From the NCBI GenBank assembly GCA_945861635.1, contig CAMAWH010000015.1:36858-100857 (forward strand): a stretch of 64,000 nucleotides of DNA, in the 5' to 3' direction. The notes under the pieces were generated by a model. It saw nothing but the letters and a program-made list of their open reading frames with translations, made no database searches and was not told the origin of the DNA. The stretch's first letter is position 1. Every line of letters begins with the position of its first letter. Below are positions 18,665-28,079 of the stretch, piece by piece. The position numbers and the translations under genes are program-made. This DNA is from Klebsiella pneumoniae (GTDB lineage: Bacteria > Myxococcota_A > UBA796 > SXON01).

Positions 18665-18711
18665 CCTTTTGAAAATGTTCCTGTAGAGGAGCCTCGTACC
18701 GGAGGATCCGT

Positions 18712-19437
18712 ATGCGCTCGGCCCCCGTCCCGCCCACCGTGAGCTTGCTGCTCGCAGGCCTTTCCGCTGGTTGCTCCTTCGGGCTTTCGTCGTCCATCGA
18801 GGTTGGCGTGGACACCTTTGCGTCGGGAGAAGACACGGCGGGCATCGACGCGGCGTCCGGATTGCCCCCCACCGCGGTTTCGTTGGTGGGAATGACGTAC
18901 GCCATCGGCGCCGACACGATGGTTATCGTCGATCCGCCGGGCCTCGACGGCTTCAAGGATCAGATCCTCGCTCGCGACGTGCTCGTGTTCGTCGCGGGGC
19001 AGGATCAGGAGGCCCTGAAGCTCAACATCGCGCTCGCGGGCGCGGACGGGGCGCAGGACGTTTGTGAGGCGGTTCGCACGTTCCCGACGGCCGACTACTC
19101 GCGCAACCCTGCGTTTGAGGCGGGCCCAGGAGAGTTGCACACGACCTTCGGCGGGGGCCACGCCGCCGCGTTCCGGGAGTTGGAACTGACGGGGATTTTT
19201 GACGAATATGCGTTCAACTGGCGAAACGGTACGTTGGACGCCATGCTTGACGGGCGTGAATTGGCGCCTGCCCTGCCCAAGGGGGCTGACGTCTGCAAGC
19301 TGGTCGATGGAATGGGGGGCGCGTGCGAGCCCTGTGACGACGGTGAGGAAGCGTGCTTCCACCTCCGTATCGAGCAGGTCGTCGCCGAACGGGTCGAAAT
19401 CGAATTCGACGTCACGCCCACGGGTTGCGACGAGTAG
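18712..19437 (+). CDS. hypothetical lipoprotein
   Basis: LSAGC lipobox; C-terminal CKLV...GACEPCDDG...C motif. Confidence 0.65.
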   Translation: MRSAPVPPTVSLLLAGLSAGCSFGLSSSIEVGVDTFASGEDTAGIDAASGLPPTAVSLVGMTYAIGADTMVIVDPPGLDGFKDQILARDVLVFVAGQDQEALKLNIALAGADGAQDVCEAVRTFPTADYSRNPAFEAGPGELHTTFGGGHAAAFRELELTGIFDEYAFNWRNGTLDAMLDGRELAPALPKGADVCKLVDGMGGACEPCDDGEEACFHLRIEQVVAERVEIEFDVTPTGCDE

Positions 19438-19859
19438 TGGGGTTCGGCGTTTTTGCGTTGATGTTCGGCGCGTGCGCGGACCACATTCTAACGGCGTCTC
19501 TCGGTCATGATTCGGGGGAGAGCGAGGCCGCGCCGGCCGGCGTGCCTGCCATCGACGTTGACCCCAGGAAGGTGGCGTTCGGGGGCGTTTCGGCGGGCGA
19601 GGGCGCGGAGCGTGTTGTCGTCGTCCGAAACGTCGGGAACGGCACACTGACCCTCGTGCAGCCGCAGGTCGACGGTGATGCGGCGTTCACAGCTGGGAAG
19701 CTCGCTTCCACGAGCGTCACGGCCGGGAAAGAAACGTCCTTCTCGGTGACGTTCAGACCTGCCGGGGGCGGTGAGGTAGCGGGTACCGTTGGCGTGCTCT
19801 CGACGGATCCGGAGGCTGGACTCGTCGAAGTCGCGCTGACAGGGTTCACGCTTCCGTAA
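19437..19859 (+). CDS. ASH / choice-of-anchor D Ig-like domain lipoprotein
   Basis: FGAC lipobox; IDVDP..VAFG.V, VRNVGNGTL, VTFRP, STDP and VALTG motifs. Confidence 0.7.
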   Translation: MGFGVFALMFGACADHILTASLGHDSGESEAAPAGVPAIDVDPRKVAFGGVSAGEGAERVVVVRNVGNGTLTLVQPQVDGDAAFTAGKLASTSVTAGKETSFSVTFRPAGGGEVAGTVGVLSTDPEAGLVEVALTGFTLP

Positions 19860-21273
19860 GCGCGTCCAACAGCTTCTGATGGAGCCCGCCAAACGCGCCG
19901 TTCGACAGGACGGCGACGACATCCCATGGGAGCGCGTTCGCGGCGACGACCGCCACGATCTCGTCGACGGTGTCGTAGCAGAAGGCTTCCTGTCCGCGCG
20001 CCCGGAGGTCGGCCACGAGGTCGCGGCTGTCGAAGACATCCTCTGCCTTCAACCGGTCGTCTCTTGCTGCGGCGATGATGCTGACCTCCGCCTCGCCGAA
20101 CGCGCCGGCGTAGGCTTCCTGGAAAATCTTGCGCCGGCTTGTGGCGGACCGCGGCTCAAAGATGGCCCATAGTCGGCGTTTTCCGAAGCGAAGCCGGAGC
20201 GCCTCCAGCGTGACCTTCACGGCCGTCGGGTGGTGGGCGAAGTCGTCAACGACCGTGATGTGTCGGGGCTCGCCGCGAACCTCCTGCCTGCGTTTTATCC
20301 CGAGAAACGACGAAAACCCGGGCGCCAGCATGCCGGGTGTCCACCCTTCTCGTTCCAGCGCTGCGACGGCTGCCACCTGATTGTAGAGGTTGTGCTCCCC
20401 GACGAGCAAACTGTCGAACTGCCCCCACGCATTTCCGTCTCGCAGGATGGTAAACCGCATCGTTCCCTTGTCTGTGTCCACCGAATCGATACGGCCATCC
20501 CACTCCTGACCCTTTCCGTACCTGCGGATCTCGGAACGCGCGTCGTTACACACGTCACGCACGTTGTCGTGATCCCATCGAGCAACGATGCAGCCCTCTG
20601 CGGGCACGATGGCAACGAGCTTGCGGAAACTCGACTGCACGTGGGCAAGGTCCGCATAGATGTCGGCGTGATCGAATTCGACGGACGTGATGACGGCGGT
20701 TTTCGGACGGTAGTGAAGGAATTTCGGCCCCTTGTCGAAGAACGCGGTGTCGTACTCATCGCCCTCGATGACGAAGTGCGGCCCGGTGCCGGTGCGCGCC
20801 GTCCGGTCGAAGTTGAGCGCGACGCCGCCGACGAGAAAACCCGGAGATCCGCCTGCTGCATCAATGAGGTGCGCCGTGAGTGCGGTGGTCGTCGTCTTTC
20901 CGTGCGTGCCCGCGATCACGATGCTCTGCCGGTCTCGAAGAAATCGGGCACCGAGCAGCTGGGGAAAGGAGCAATACGTAAGGTTGGACGCCAGAAGCGC
21001 TCGCGCCTCCGCATATTCCGCGCGGATGACGTTGCCGACGACGACCAGATCGGGTGAATGGTCGATATTTTCGGCCTCGTACCCAATCATTACCTCAATG
21101 CCGAGCGAGGCCAGGTAGTCCGACATCGGCGGGTAGACGCCGGTGTCCGAGCCGGTGACGAGGTAGCCCGCATCCTTGAGCATGCCGGCGAGGGCCGCCA
21201 TCGCCGTGCCGCCGATGCCCATGACGTGAATTCGCTGGATGGACGCGGAAAGATCACCGGTGAGGAGCGGCAT
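19846..21273 (-). CDS. mpl: murein peptide ligase Mpl (MurC family)
   Basis: GIGGTAM, YPPMS, AGTHGKTTT, EGDEYDTAFFDK, EFDHADIY, DDFAHHPTA and FEPRS motifs. Confidence 0.9.
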   Translation of the reverse strand: MPLLTGDLSASIQRIHVMGIGGTAMAALAGMLKDAGYLVTGSDTGVYPPMSDYLASLGIEVMIGYEAENIDHSPDLVVVGNVIRAEYAEARALLASNLTYCSFPQLLGARFLRDRQSIVIAGTHGKTTTTALTAHLIDAAGGSPGFLVGGVALNFDRTARTGTGPHFVIEGDEYDTAFFDKGPKFLHYRPKTAVITSVEFDHADIYADLAHVQSSFRKLVAIVPAEGCIVARWDHDNVRDVCNDARSEIRRYGKGQEWDGRIDSVDTDKGTMRFTILRDGNAWGQFDSLLVGEHNLYNQVAAVAALEREGWTPGMLAPGFSSFLGIKRRQEVRGEPRHITVVDDFAHHPTAVKVTLEALRLRFGKRRLWAIFEPRSATSRRKIFQEAYAGAFGEAEVSIIAAARDDRLKAEDVFDSRDLVADLRARGQEAFCYDTVDEIVAVVAANALPWDVVAVLSNGAFGGLHQKLLDALTEA

Positions 21274-21886
21274 TCAGGGCCTCGAGAAAGGCGCGCGTGC
21301 GGGGAGCGACGCTGGCGGGAAGGGTAGGGAGGTGCCCGGCGATAAAGGCGAGGTCGGCGGGGGAGTCGATGTCATACCAAAACGGAAGTGTTCGCAGAGA
21401 CAATTCGAGGTTTCGCGTACGTTCGACCTGCGACGCATAGGTGTCAGGCGACGACCACGGAATGTCCGCGAACAGCGCGGTCACGTCCACGCCAGCTTCC
21501 ACGCCAACCAGCACGTACCCGCCGTCGAACGCCGGCGCGATCACGACATCGGCTGTGGATCCATGCGCCTCGCGCAGAAGGGCCGCGGGCAGTGTGGGCG
21601 CATCCGTGCCGATCGCCACGCCACCGTCGCGAAGCGCGTGTGTGAGGCGTGCGCCGATATCTCCCTCGACCTGAGGTTCCACGACGGTATCAATCGTGCG
21701 TACCCACGGGTGCTTCACGTCCCCGGCGATGGACACCTTCCACGGCAGGCCGGTGGACCGCACGATGTCGAACACGTCACCTGTCATGGCCGCGGACAGC
21801 TGCGCTGCGCCGGCGGGTCCGAGGCGGGGAATCAATCGCGTTTTGGTCCGGCCCGGCTCCGGTACGCGCGCCATCACGACGATCAT
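21254..21886 (-). CDS. DUF2064 / TIGR04282-type glycosyltransferase-like protein
   Basis: MARVPEPGRTKTRL, Q..GDIGARL, IGTDAPTL, PAFDGGY.LVG, IPWSS and WYDIDSP.DL motifs. Confidence 0.8.
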   Translation of the reverse strand: MIVVMARVPEPGRTKTRLIPRLGPAGAAQLSAAMTGDVFDIVRSTGLPWKVSIAGDVKHPWVRTIDTVVEPQVEGDIGARLTHALRDGGVAIGTDAPTLPAALLREAHGSTADVVIAPAFDGGYVLVGVEAGVDVTALFADIPWSSPDTYASQVERTRNLELSLRTLPFWYDIDSPADLAFIAGHLPTLPASVAPRTRAFLEALNAAPHR

Positions 21887-21916
21887 GCCGGCAGATCTAA
21901 CGCAGGCCTCGCGCTC

Positions 21917-22585
21917 CTACCGATACTTCCAGCATGCCCACATGATTTTCGCGCCCGCCCGTACCACCCCGGCCAGCGTCCCCGAGATTTTCGACGTGCC
22001 GATGCGCGCCCGGTAGCGCACTGGAACTTCGTGGATGCGCAGGCCGATTTTCACCGCCTTCATCTGCATTTCGACGTTCCAGCCCCAGGTGAGGTCCTCC
22101 ATGGCGAGGGAAACCAACGCCTCCCAACGGATCGCGCGCAGCGGCCCCATGTCCTTGTACGGAAAGCCGGTTCGCGTCTGGATAAGTCGGCAGGCCAGCA
22201 GGTTGCCCCACCGCTGCTGGGGCGTCAGCGCACCACTCTCGGCAAGCGTCACCCGCTCACCGAGGACGAAGTCGGCTTCCCCCCGTTGAATCGGGGCGAG
22301 CAACGCCGGGAGATCGTCGATGAACGAGGAGTGATCGCCGTCGAGCACGACGACAATCTCCGGTGGATTCTTCGACAGCTCCTGCATGCCGCGCCGGACC
22401 GCGCCGCCATACCCCCTCACTGGCCAGAACACGACTTCTGCCCCAAGGGATCGCGCGATGGCGGGCGAGGAGTCGATCGAGCCGTTGTCACACACGATCA
22501 CGCGGAATTCGGTGCCGATTTCGCGGAGAACCACCGGCAGAGCGTCCGCCTCGTCAAGGACGGGTATCAGAATGGCGGTGCGCAC
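21917..22585 (-). CDS. glycosyltransferase family 2
   Basis: LIPVLDEA, DNGSID, GYGGA, LDGDHS, DMGPLRAI and GWNVEMQ motifs. Confidence 0.9.
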   Translation of the reverse strand: MRTAILIPVLDEADALPVVLREIGTEFRVIVCDNGSIDSSPAIARSLGAEVVFWPVRGYGGAVRRGMQELSKNPPEIVVVLDGDHSSFIDDLPALLAPIQRGEADFVLGERVTLAESGALTPQQRWGNLLACRLIQTRTGFPYKDMGPLRAIRWEALVSLAMEDLTWGWNVEMQMKAVKIGLRIHEVPVRYRARIGTSKISGTLAGVVRAGAKIMWACWKYR

Positions 22586-22629
22586 GGAGGGTGTCGCTTA
22601 TCTCGCGTGTTAAGAACGCGTCGCCCGAG

Positions 22630-24756
22630 GTGTGTGTGTTCGGTTTGTGGTTCGCCGCGCTCGTCGCAAAAGTCCTCGCCGTCGAAAACCCAGTTCACGC
22701 GGAAGTTTCTGACGTCACCGTGGCCCCCGGTGCCAACGGCGTCCTGCGCGTGACGGTCGTCGTCCCGGCCAAACACCTCGTGTACGCCGATCATCTGTCG
22801 GTGGTGGTGACAGACGACGGCGTACTGACCAGCGGCGTCGCCAGTCTTCCGCCGGGCGCGCTGAAGCCGGATCCCGCGAACCCTGCTGCAAGCCGGGAAG
22901 TTTTTGAGGACGACATCCTCATCGACGTGCCGGTGATTGCCCCGTCGGATGGCAAGGGTGATGTGGAGGTGCAACTTCACGTCGTGACGCAAGCATGCAT
23001 CGTGGGTCTCTGCTTCCCGCCAAAGGAAGAGGATCTGACGGCTACCGTACACATCTCTGGAGAAGAGGTGCCCGTCACGTTTTCCGGAGCGGTCGGCCGG
23101 CCGGGAGAAATCGTCGTGCACGCGGACCTCCACGGAGAATGGCACATCAACAAGGCCTTTGTCGGCGTGGCGATCCCGGCTGCGGCCGACGGCAGCGCAG
23201 GCGCGTACAGCCTCGGCGAGCCGAAGCTCCCGCCCGGCGTCACCTCCGGGAGTGAGGCGGATGGCTCGTTTCGGGAGGATCTGGAGCACGACTTCGACAT
23301 CGTCGTTCCCGTCACGGGCCCCGTGGGCGATGCGCGCCTGACGGTGGATGTCGCGTATCAGGCGTGCAAGGGCGTGGCGCTTTGCAAGATGCCGACGAGT
23401 GAATCGGTAGTGGTGCGTTTCAGCATCGGTGGGGCGGCGGTGGTACCGCTCACCGAGGTCACGCCGCGCGTCGCGGAGGCGGTGGCGCCAGCGCCAGCGC
23501 CGTCGGGTGGCTTCGCCGCTGCGGCTGCGGAGGGGACCTTTTCCTTGTTGTTGCTTTGCTTTGCGGCCGGGGTCGGGGTCAGTTTCACGCCATGCGTGCT
23601 GCCCATGGTGCCGATCACGATGGGCTTGATCGGCGCGCGGGGCGCGGGGTCCAGATTCACCGCCGTTTCCCTTGCGTTTGCCTACGTCATCGGCCAGGCG
23701 CTCGTGTACACGGGCTTGGGCGTGGTGGCGGGCATCACCGGCGCGCTGTTCGGCAGCGCGATGCAGTCACCGTGGCTTGTCGGCGGAATTGCTGCCTTTT
23801 TTATCGTCATGGGCGCAGGAATGTTCGGATTCTTCGATCTGCAGGTGCCGAGCGCGGTGCAGTCGAGGATCTCCGGTTTCGACAAGCGCGGCGGCTACAT
23901 CGTCGCGTTCGTTTTCGGCATGATCGGGGCGGTCTTGGCGGGGCCGTGTTCGGGGCCAGTCGTCTTCGCGATTCTCGGCGTCATCGCTACCGGAGGACAC
24001 GTTGCGTGGGGCGCCCTGCTCATGTTTTCGTTCGCCATGGGGATGGGAATGATCTTCCTGGTGACCGGCGCCGCAACCGGCTGGCTGCCCCAGCGCGGGG
24101 CGTGGATGATGGTAGTGAAAAAGAGCTTTGGTGTGGTGATGTGGCTCGGCGCCATCTACTACGCAAGGTCGCTGCTTTCGGATGTGCAGGTGGCCCTGGC
24201 GACGTCCGGGGTGCTGCTCTCCACGGCCGTGTTTGGCTGGCCCAACGTGGAGGATGGGGAAGGGTTCTTCACCGTTCGCGCGCGGCAGCTCTACGGTATT
24301 GTTGGCGCCTTGGTGGGGGGCTATCTACTCGTCGGCACCTTGCTCACCGAGGGATTCATTCTTCCCCCGCTCTCGCTGGGTGCTTCCGGTGCGAGCAGCG
24401 GCCCGAGCATTGCGTGGCTCCGTACGGAGGCGGATGGACTTGCCGCGGCCGAGGCGAGCGGAAAGCCGCTCATGATCGACTTCACCGCCGAATGGTGCAC
24501 GGCGTGCCATGAGATGGAGAAGTACACCTACACGAACGCGGACGTCATCGCGACGGCAGGCGGATTTGTGCCGGTCATGATTGATTGCACCGCGAAGGGA
24601 GATCCGGTGATCCAGGCGATCCAGAAAAAATACGGCGTGACGGGACTTCCGACCGTAGTTTTTGCGCGGGCCGATGGCACCGTGCTCAACATGACCGTCG
24701 GGTTTGTGACGGCGCCGGCGTTTGTCGGCGAGATGAAGAAGGCGTCTGCCGGATGA
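22630..24756 (+). CDS. dsbD: DsbD thiol:disulfide interchange protein with two N-terminal Ig-like domains
   Basis: QACIVGLCFPP and QACKGVALCKMP domains; SFTPCVLPMVPI and GPCSGP in the membrane domain; DFTAEWCTAC thioredoxin domain. Confidence 0.88.
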   Translation: MCVFGLWFAALVAKVLAVENPVHAEVSDVTVAPGANGVLRVTVVVPAKHLVYADHLSVVVTDDGVLTSGVASLPPGALKPDPANPAASREVFEDDILIDVPVIAPSDGKGDVEVQLHVVTQACIVGLCFPPKEEDLTATVHISGEEVPVTFSGAVGRPGEIVVHADLHGEWHINKAFVGVAIPAAADGSAGAYSLGEPKLPPGVTSGSEADGSFREDLEHDFDIVVPVTGPVGDARLTVDVAYQACKGVALCKMPTSESVVVRFSIGGAAVVPLTEVTPRVAEAVAPAPAPSGGFAAAAAEGTFSLLLLCFAAGVGVSFTPCVLPMVPITMGLIGARGAGSRFTAVSLAFAYVIGQALVYTGLGVVAGITGALFGSAMQSPWLVGGIAAFFIVMGAGMFGFFDLQVPSAVQSRISGFDKRGGYIVAFVFGMIGAVLAGPCSGPVVFAILGVIATGGHVAWGALLMFSFAMGMGMIFLVTGAATGWLPQRGAWMMVVKKSFGVVMWLGAIYYARSLLSDVQVALATSGVLLSTAVFGWPNVEDGEGFFTVRARQLYGIVGALVGGYLLVGTLLTEGFILPPLSLGASGASSGPSIAWLRTEADGLAAAEASGKPLMIDFTAEWCTACHEMEKYTYTNADVIATAGGFVPVMIDCTAKGDPVIQAIQKKYGVTGLPTVVFARADGTVLNMTVGFVTAPAFVGEMKKASAG

Positions 24757-25085
24757 AAGACTGGCGCGCTCGTGTCCAACAGTACGGCGCGCTCGGCCTC
24801 GGGGTGTGGTTTGCCATTTTCTTCTCCTCTATCGCTGGGTTTTATGTTTTGCTGGAGGCCGGCGTAGAGTGGCCGTGGTTGCGAGAAAACGTCGGAAGCG
24901 CGGGCTCGCTGGCCGCGGCGTATGTCGTGACGAAGCTCTTGACGCCGGCCCGCGCAGCGCTGACGGTAGCGCTGACGCCGCTGGTGGCCCGGTTCTCCGG
25001 TCGGTGGCGGCAGTCCCCGGTGCCGGCCCCCGATGCCGCCGCCAGCGCGTCCGCCGAACTTCCGCCGTCTGCACCGACGCCGTGA
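24753..25085 (+). CDS. DUF1279/FAM210-like membrane protein
   Basis: QYG...L..WF, AAAYVVTKLLTPAR..LTVALTP; ATGA coupling to dsbD. Confidence 0.65.
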   Translation: MKDWRARVQQYGALGLGVWFAIFFSSIAGFYVLLEAGVEWPWLRENVGSAGSLAAAYVVTKLLTPARAALTVALTPLVARFSGRWRQSPVPAPDAAASASAELPPSAPTP

Positions 25086-25480
25086 TGTTGCTGGGCGCCG
25101 CTTTGCTGGGCTCGTGCTGGCGGTCGGCAGATGACGCCGCGATTGAGGAATATCGCTGCATGGGGCCGCTGAGCGCGTTGGTCAGGTGGCGGGATGGTGT
25201 TGAGCACGAACGCGTGTTTCGGGGTGCCAATCTTTCCCCCGTGGCCCTGGCTGCCGACGAGCGGTTTCACGTCGAAGCCGCCGTCGCGGCGCTTCAGGGA
25301 GAAGCGACCCAGTGCGCCGGGGCGTGGCGAATGGTGCTCTGGTCCACGGCGGACAACCCCGGAGCCCGTCTGCGTGAGGAGGCGGTGCGCCGTCTCCTCG
25401 CGTTGCCCGCGCGTTCGTTTCCACCCGAGGCCATCGGCGCCGCCGGCATTCCCGTGGACGCGCCGGTGACCGATGAGTGA
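25082..25480 (+). CDS. hypothetical protein, possible lipoprotein
   Basis: LLGSC lipobox-like start; overlaps both neighbouring genes. Confidence 0.5.
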   Translation: MMLLGAALLGSCWRSADDAAIEEYRCMGPLSALVRWRDGVEHERVFRGANLSPVALAADERFHVEAAVAALQGEATQCAGAWRMVLWSTADNPGARLREEAVRRLLALPARSFPPEAIGAAGIPVDAPVTDE

Positions 25481-26315
25481 CGAACTTCGAATTGGTCGGT
25501 TCGTGGCTGCACTGACGGCGGACGGACGGGTACGCGTCATTGCCGCGGTTGCGGACGCACCGGCCGACGTACTTCGTGAACGCCACGATCTCGCCCCGGA
25601 CGCCGCGCGGATTGCCGCTGAAGGCTTGGTGGCAAGTCTGCTGCTTGCTGCCCACATCAAGGGGGAGGAGCGGTTGACGCTCGATGTCCAGTCGGAGGCG
25701 CCACGGTTTGCCCTTGTCGTGGACGTGAACGCAGATGGCACGGTTCGCGGCCGCCTCCGACCGGGGGATCTGGAATGCCCCGGCCCCTTCACGGGCCTGA
25801 TCAGCGTCGTGAAGTCACTTGGACGAAAGGAGTTGTACCGCGGCGTTGCAGAGGTGCGAGGAGAGAGCATCGAGGGCGCGCTCACCCGCTATCTGGCTGA
25901 CTCCCAGCAGACCGACGCCCGCGTACGGGTGAGAGCGGACGTGGCTGACGACGGAAGCGTCGTGTTTGCCACCGGTTTATTGCTGGAGCGACTTCCGGAC
26001 ATGCCCGCCGATGAGTTCGCGGCGCTGTTCGACGGAGCGTTGGCCGGCGATTTTCGCGAGCTGATGACCGCGTTCGCTTTCGGGCAGATCGCTGGCCAGA
26101 CGGTGGAAGTTCTCGGCGCCCGAGACATCGTGTTCAAGTGTTCGTGTACCCGGGAAAGGGTCAGCGCGATGTTGCGCACGCTGGGCCGTGACGAGGTGTC
26201 GTCCATCCTTGCCGAGTTCGGTCATGCCGAGGTGGTCTGCCACTTTTGCAACGAGCAGTACGATTTCGATGCTTCCACGCTCGAGGCGATGTTGACGGAG
26301 TTGGCCGACGCCTAG
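25473..26315 (+). CDS. hslO: Hsp33 redox-regulated chaperone
   Basis: C-terminal CSC...CHFC zinc motif; YLADSQQ; G.VRG. Confidence 0.9.
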   Translation: MSDELRIGRFVAALTADGRVRVIAAVADAPADVLRERHDLAPDAARIAAEGLVASLLLAAHIKGEERLTLDVQSEAPRFALVVDVNADGTVRGRLRPGDLECPGPFTGLISVVKSLGRKELYRGVAEVRGESIEGALTRYLADSQQTDARVRVRADVADDGSVVFATGLLLERLPDMPADEFAALFDGALAGDFRELMTAFAFGQIAGQTVEVLGARDIVFKCSCTRERVSAMLRTLGRDEVSSILAEFGHAEVVCHFCNEQYDFDASTLEAMLTELADA

Positions 26316-26339
26316 TCACCGCGCCGTTGCGACCACGCG

Positions 26340-26945
26340 CTACGCCAAATGAGGGCCGTTCCGGATCGTGAGGACGCGACGATCTGGGTGCCACTCGACG
26401 TCCGCCCACGCCGTGTTCGGGTGCGTGTACGACCGCCAACGCGTCAGCGGCTCCCCGGAGAGCGTGCAGAGCGTCGCAGCCAACGTCAACTGGTGGGTGA
26501 CGACGATGACCCGGCCCGACGCGTGCTGCGATGCGATGCGTTCGAGCCCGGCGAGCGCCCGATCCCGCACCTCTCCCATCGTTTCCCCCATCGGTAGGCG
26601 GGTATGTTCGGGATCCGCTCGCCAGGCGGCCATCATGCCCCCGTACTGGGCGATCATTTCCGTTTCGCCGAGCCCGTCCAGCTCGCCCTGGTCCATCTCG
26701 GTCAGCGCGGCCTCGATCCGGACCGCCTGCTCCGCGCCGCGGATCAACGCGCCAGCCGTCTCCCTCGCGCGGAGCAACGGGCTCGCCCATACCGCGTCAA
26801 ACGGCCCGACGACCCGGGCCAGTGCGCCCGCCTGGTGCCTGCCGGTGTCGTCGAGAGAAATGTCGGTTCTACCCAAAACTCTACGTTCGACGTTCCAAGC
26901 GGTCTGGCCGTGCCGGACGAGACAGAGGTGCAAAGATGTCGTCAC
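26340..26945 (-). CDS. histidine phosphatase (phosphoglycerate mutase family)
   Basis: LVRHGQTAWN, SPLLRARETA, L.EMDQG, GET and VVTH motifs. Confidence 0.88.
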   Translation of the reverse strand: MTTSLHLCLVRHGQTAWNVERRVLGRTDISLDDTGRHQAGALARVVGPFDAVWASPLLRARETAGALIRGAEQAVRIEAALTEMDQGELDGLGETEMIAQYGGMMAAWRADPEHTRLPMGETMGEVRDRALAGLERIASQHASGRVIVVTHQLTLAATLCTLSGEPLTRWRSYTHPNTAWADVEWHPDRRVLTIRNGPHLA

Positions 26946-26994
26946 GGGTGTGCTCCGGTTAGCCCGATTCGCGTTCTGAGGTAAACCTGTGCCC

Positions 26995-28056
26995 ATGCCC
27001 ACGTCCAAGAAAGGTTTCGATCCGCTCTCCAGTTTGTTCGATGTGCCGGCGCCTGGGCCCGTGCTGCCGGAAATTGACGATCCGGGTCCCGTGTTCGACG
27101 CGGCGGCCGATCTGCCGGAGCCAAGCCATGTGAAAAAGCCGCGAGCTACGCCCGTGGTTCCGCCGGTCGCGTTGGGCCCGGCGATAGAATCCGGCGCGGC
27201 GTCCCGGCCTGGCGCGCCTTCCGGCCCAGACCCGGCGATGCTCGCGCGCCTGATTGGCCGCGCCGCCCAGGCCAAGGCGGGCGCCCCTCGGCCGTCGTCG
27301 AGCCCGCTTTCGGCGGCCCTACCGCCGCCGGGAGTCGCTGCCGCTGCTCCGGGATCCGTACCCTCCGTTCCCGACCGCGCCGCGTTGGCTCGCGCCGTGG
27401 CTCGCGCGGCATTGGCGAACGCTGGCGCGCCGAAGCCCGCACCGGGTCGCACCGCGGCTCCGCCCTCGCGCGTCGCGCCGCCCGAGGCACCGAAGCCGGC
27501 CATCGGCGCGTCGCGCCTGTTCGCCGCTCCGCCACCGAAGCGGTCGATGTCGGTCGACGAGGCGATGGCGGCCGCGCGGGTCGATGAGGAAAAGGCGAAG
27601 GGTGCCAGCGCGAAATCACCGGCACCGTCACCGGCCGCAGTGGCGCCGTCGAGCGCATCGCCGGCTCGCCCCGCGGCGGATGCGGCCGCCGCCGCTTCGG
27701 TGGCGGCTACTCCCGTTTCCGCGGACGATCTGGCGGACGTCGTAAGCTCCATCTTGCACGCCGGCGTTCCGGGGCTCGGTCCTGTCTACGTCGCCAATGC
27801 ACTGAGGATGGATGATCGTGGTCTGCTGACCGCGCTCTGGCGGGCCCACCGCGCGCGATTTGCATCGGTCGGTGAAATCGAGCGGGCCGTCGCGTGTGGT
27901 GCGGTAATTCGAGCCGTCGGCAGTGTGGCGATTGGGCACCTTGTCGCCGCGCATGCCGTCACGGACAAGACCGACTATTTGATCTGGGTAGACTTGATCA
28001 CCCGCCAGCCGGTCGCCGCGTTTGCGGACGCTCGCGCCTGGTTCGCCAGCGAGTAG
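26995..28056 (+). CDS. Pro/Ala-rich hypothetical protein with globular C-terminal domain
   Basis: Long low-complexity ORF ending in ALWRAHRARF...YLIWVDL...AFADARAWF. Confidence 0.65.
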   Translation: MPTSKKGFDPLSSLFDVPAPGPVLPEIDDPGPVFDAAADLPEPSHVKKPRATPVVPPVALGPAIESGAASRPGAPSGPDPAMLARLIGRAAQAKAGAPRPSSSPLSAALPPPGVAAAAPGSVPSVPDRAALARAVARAALANAGAPKPAPGRTAAPPSRVAPPEAPKPAIGASRLFAAPPPKRSMSVDEAMAAARVDEEKAKGASAKSPAPSPAAVAPSSASPARPAADAAAAASVAATPVSADDLADVVSSILHAGVPGLGPVYVANALRMDDRGLLTALWRAHRARFASVGEIERAVACGAVIRAVGSVAIGHLVAAHAVTDKTDYLIWVDLITRQPVAAFADARAWFASE

Positions 28057-28079
28057 CAATTGGCGGGCTGTGCGGCCGG

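Noticed and set aside
26340-27752. 470-aa fusion of an Ala-rich region to the histidine phosphatase
   Set aside because: The extension is the antisense of the Pro/Ala-rich gene at 26995-28056; the phosphatase RHG motif lies right after GTG 26945.
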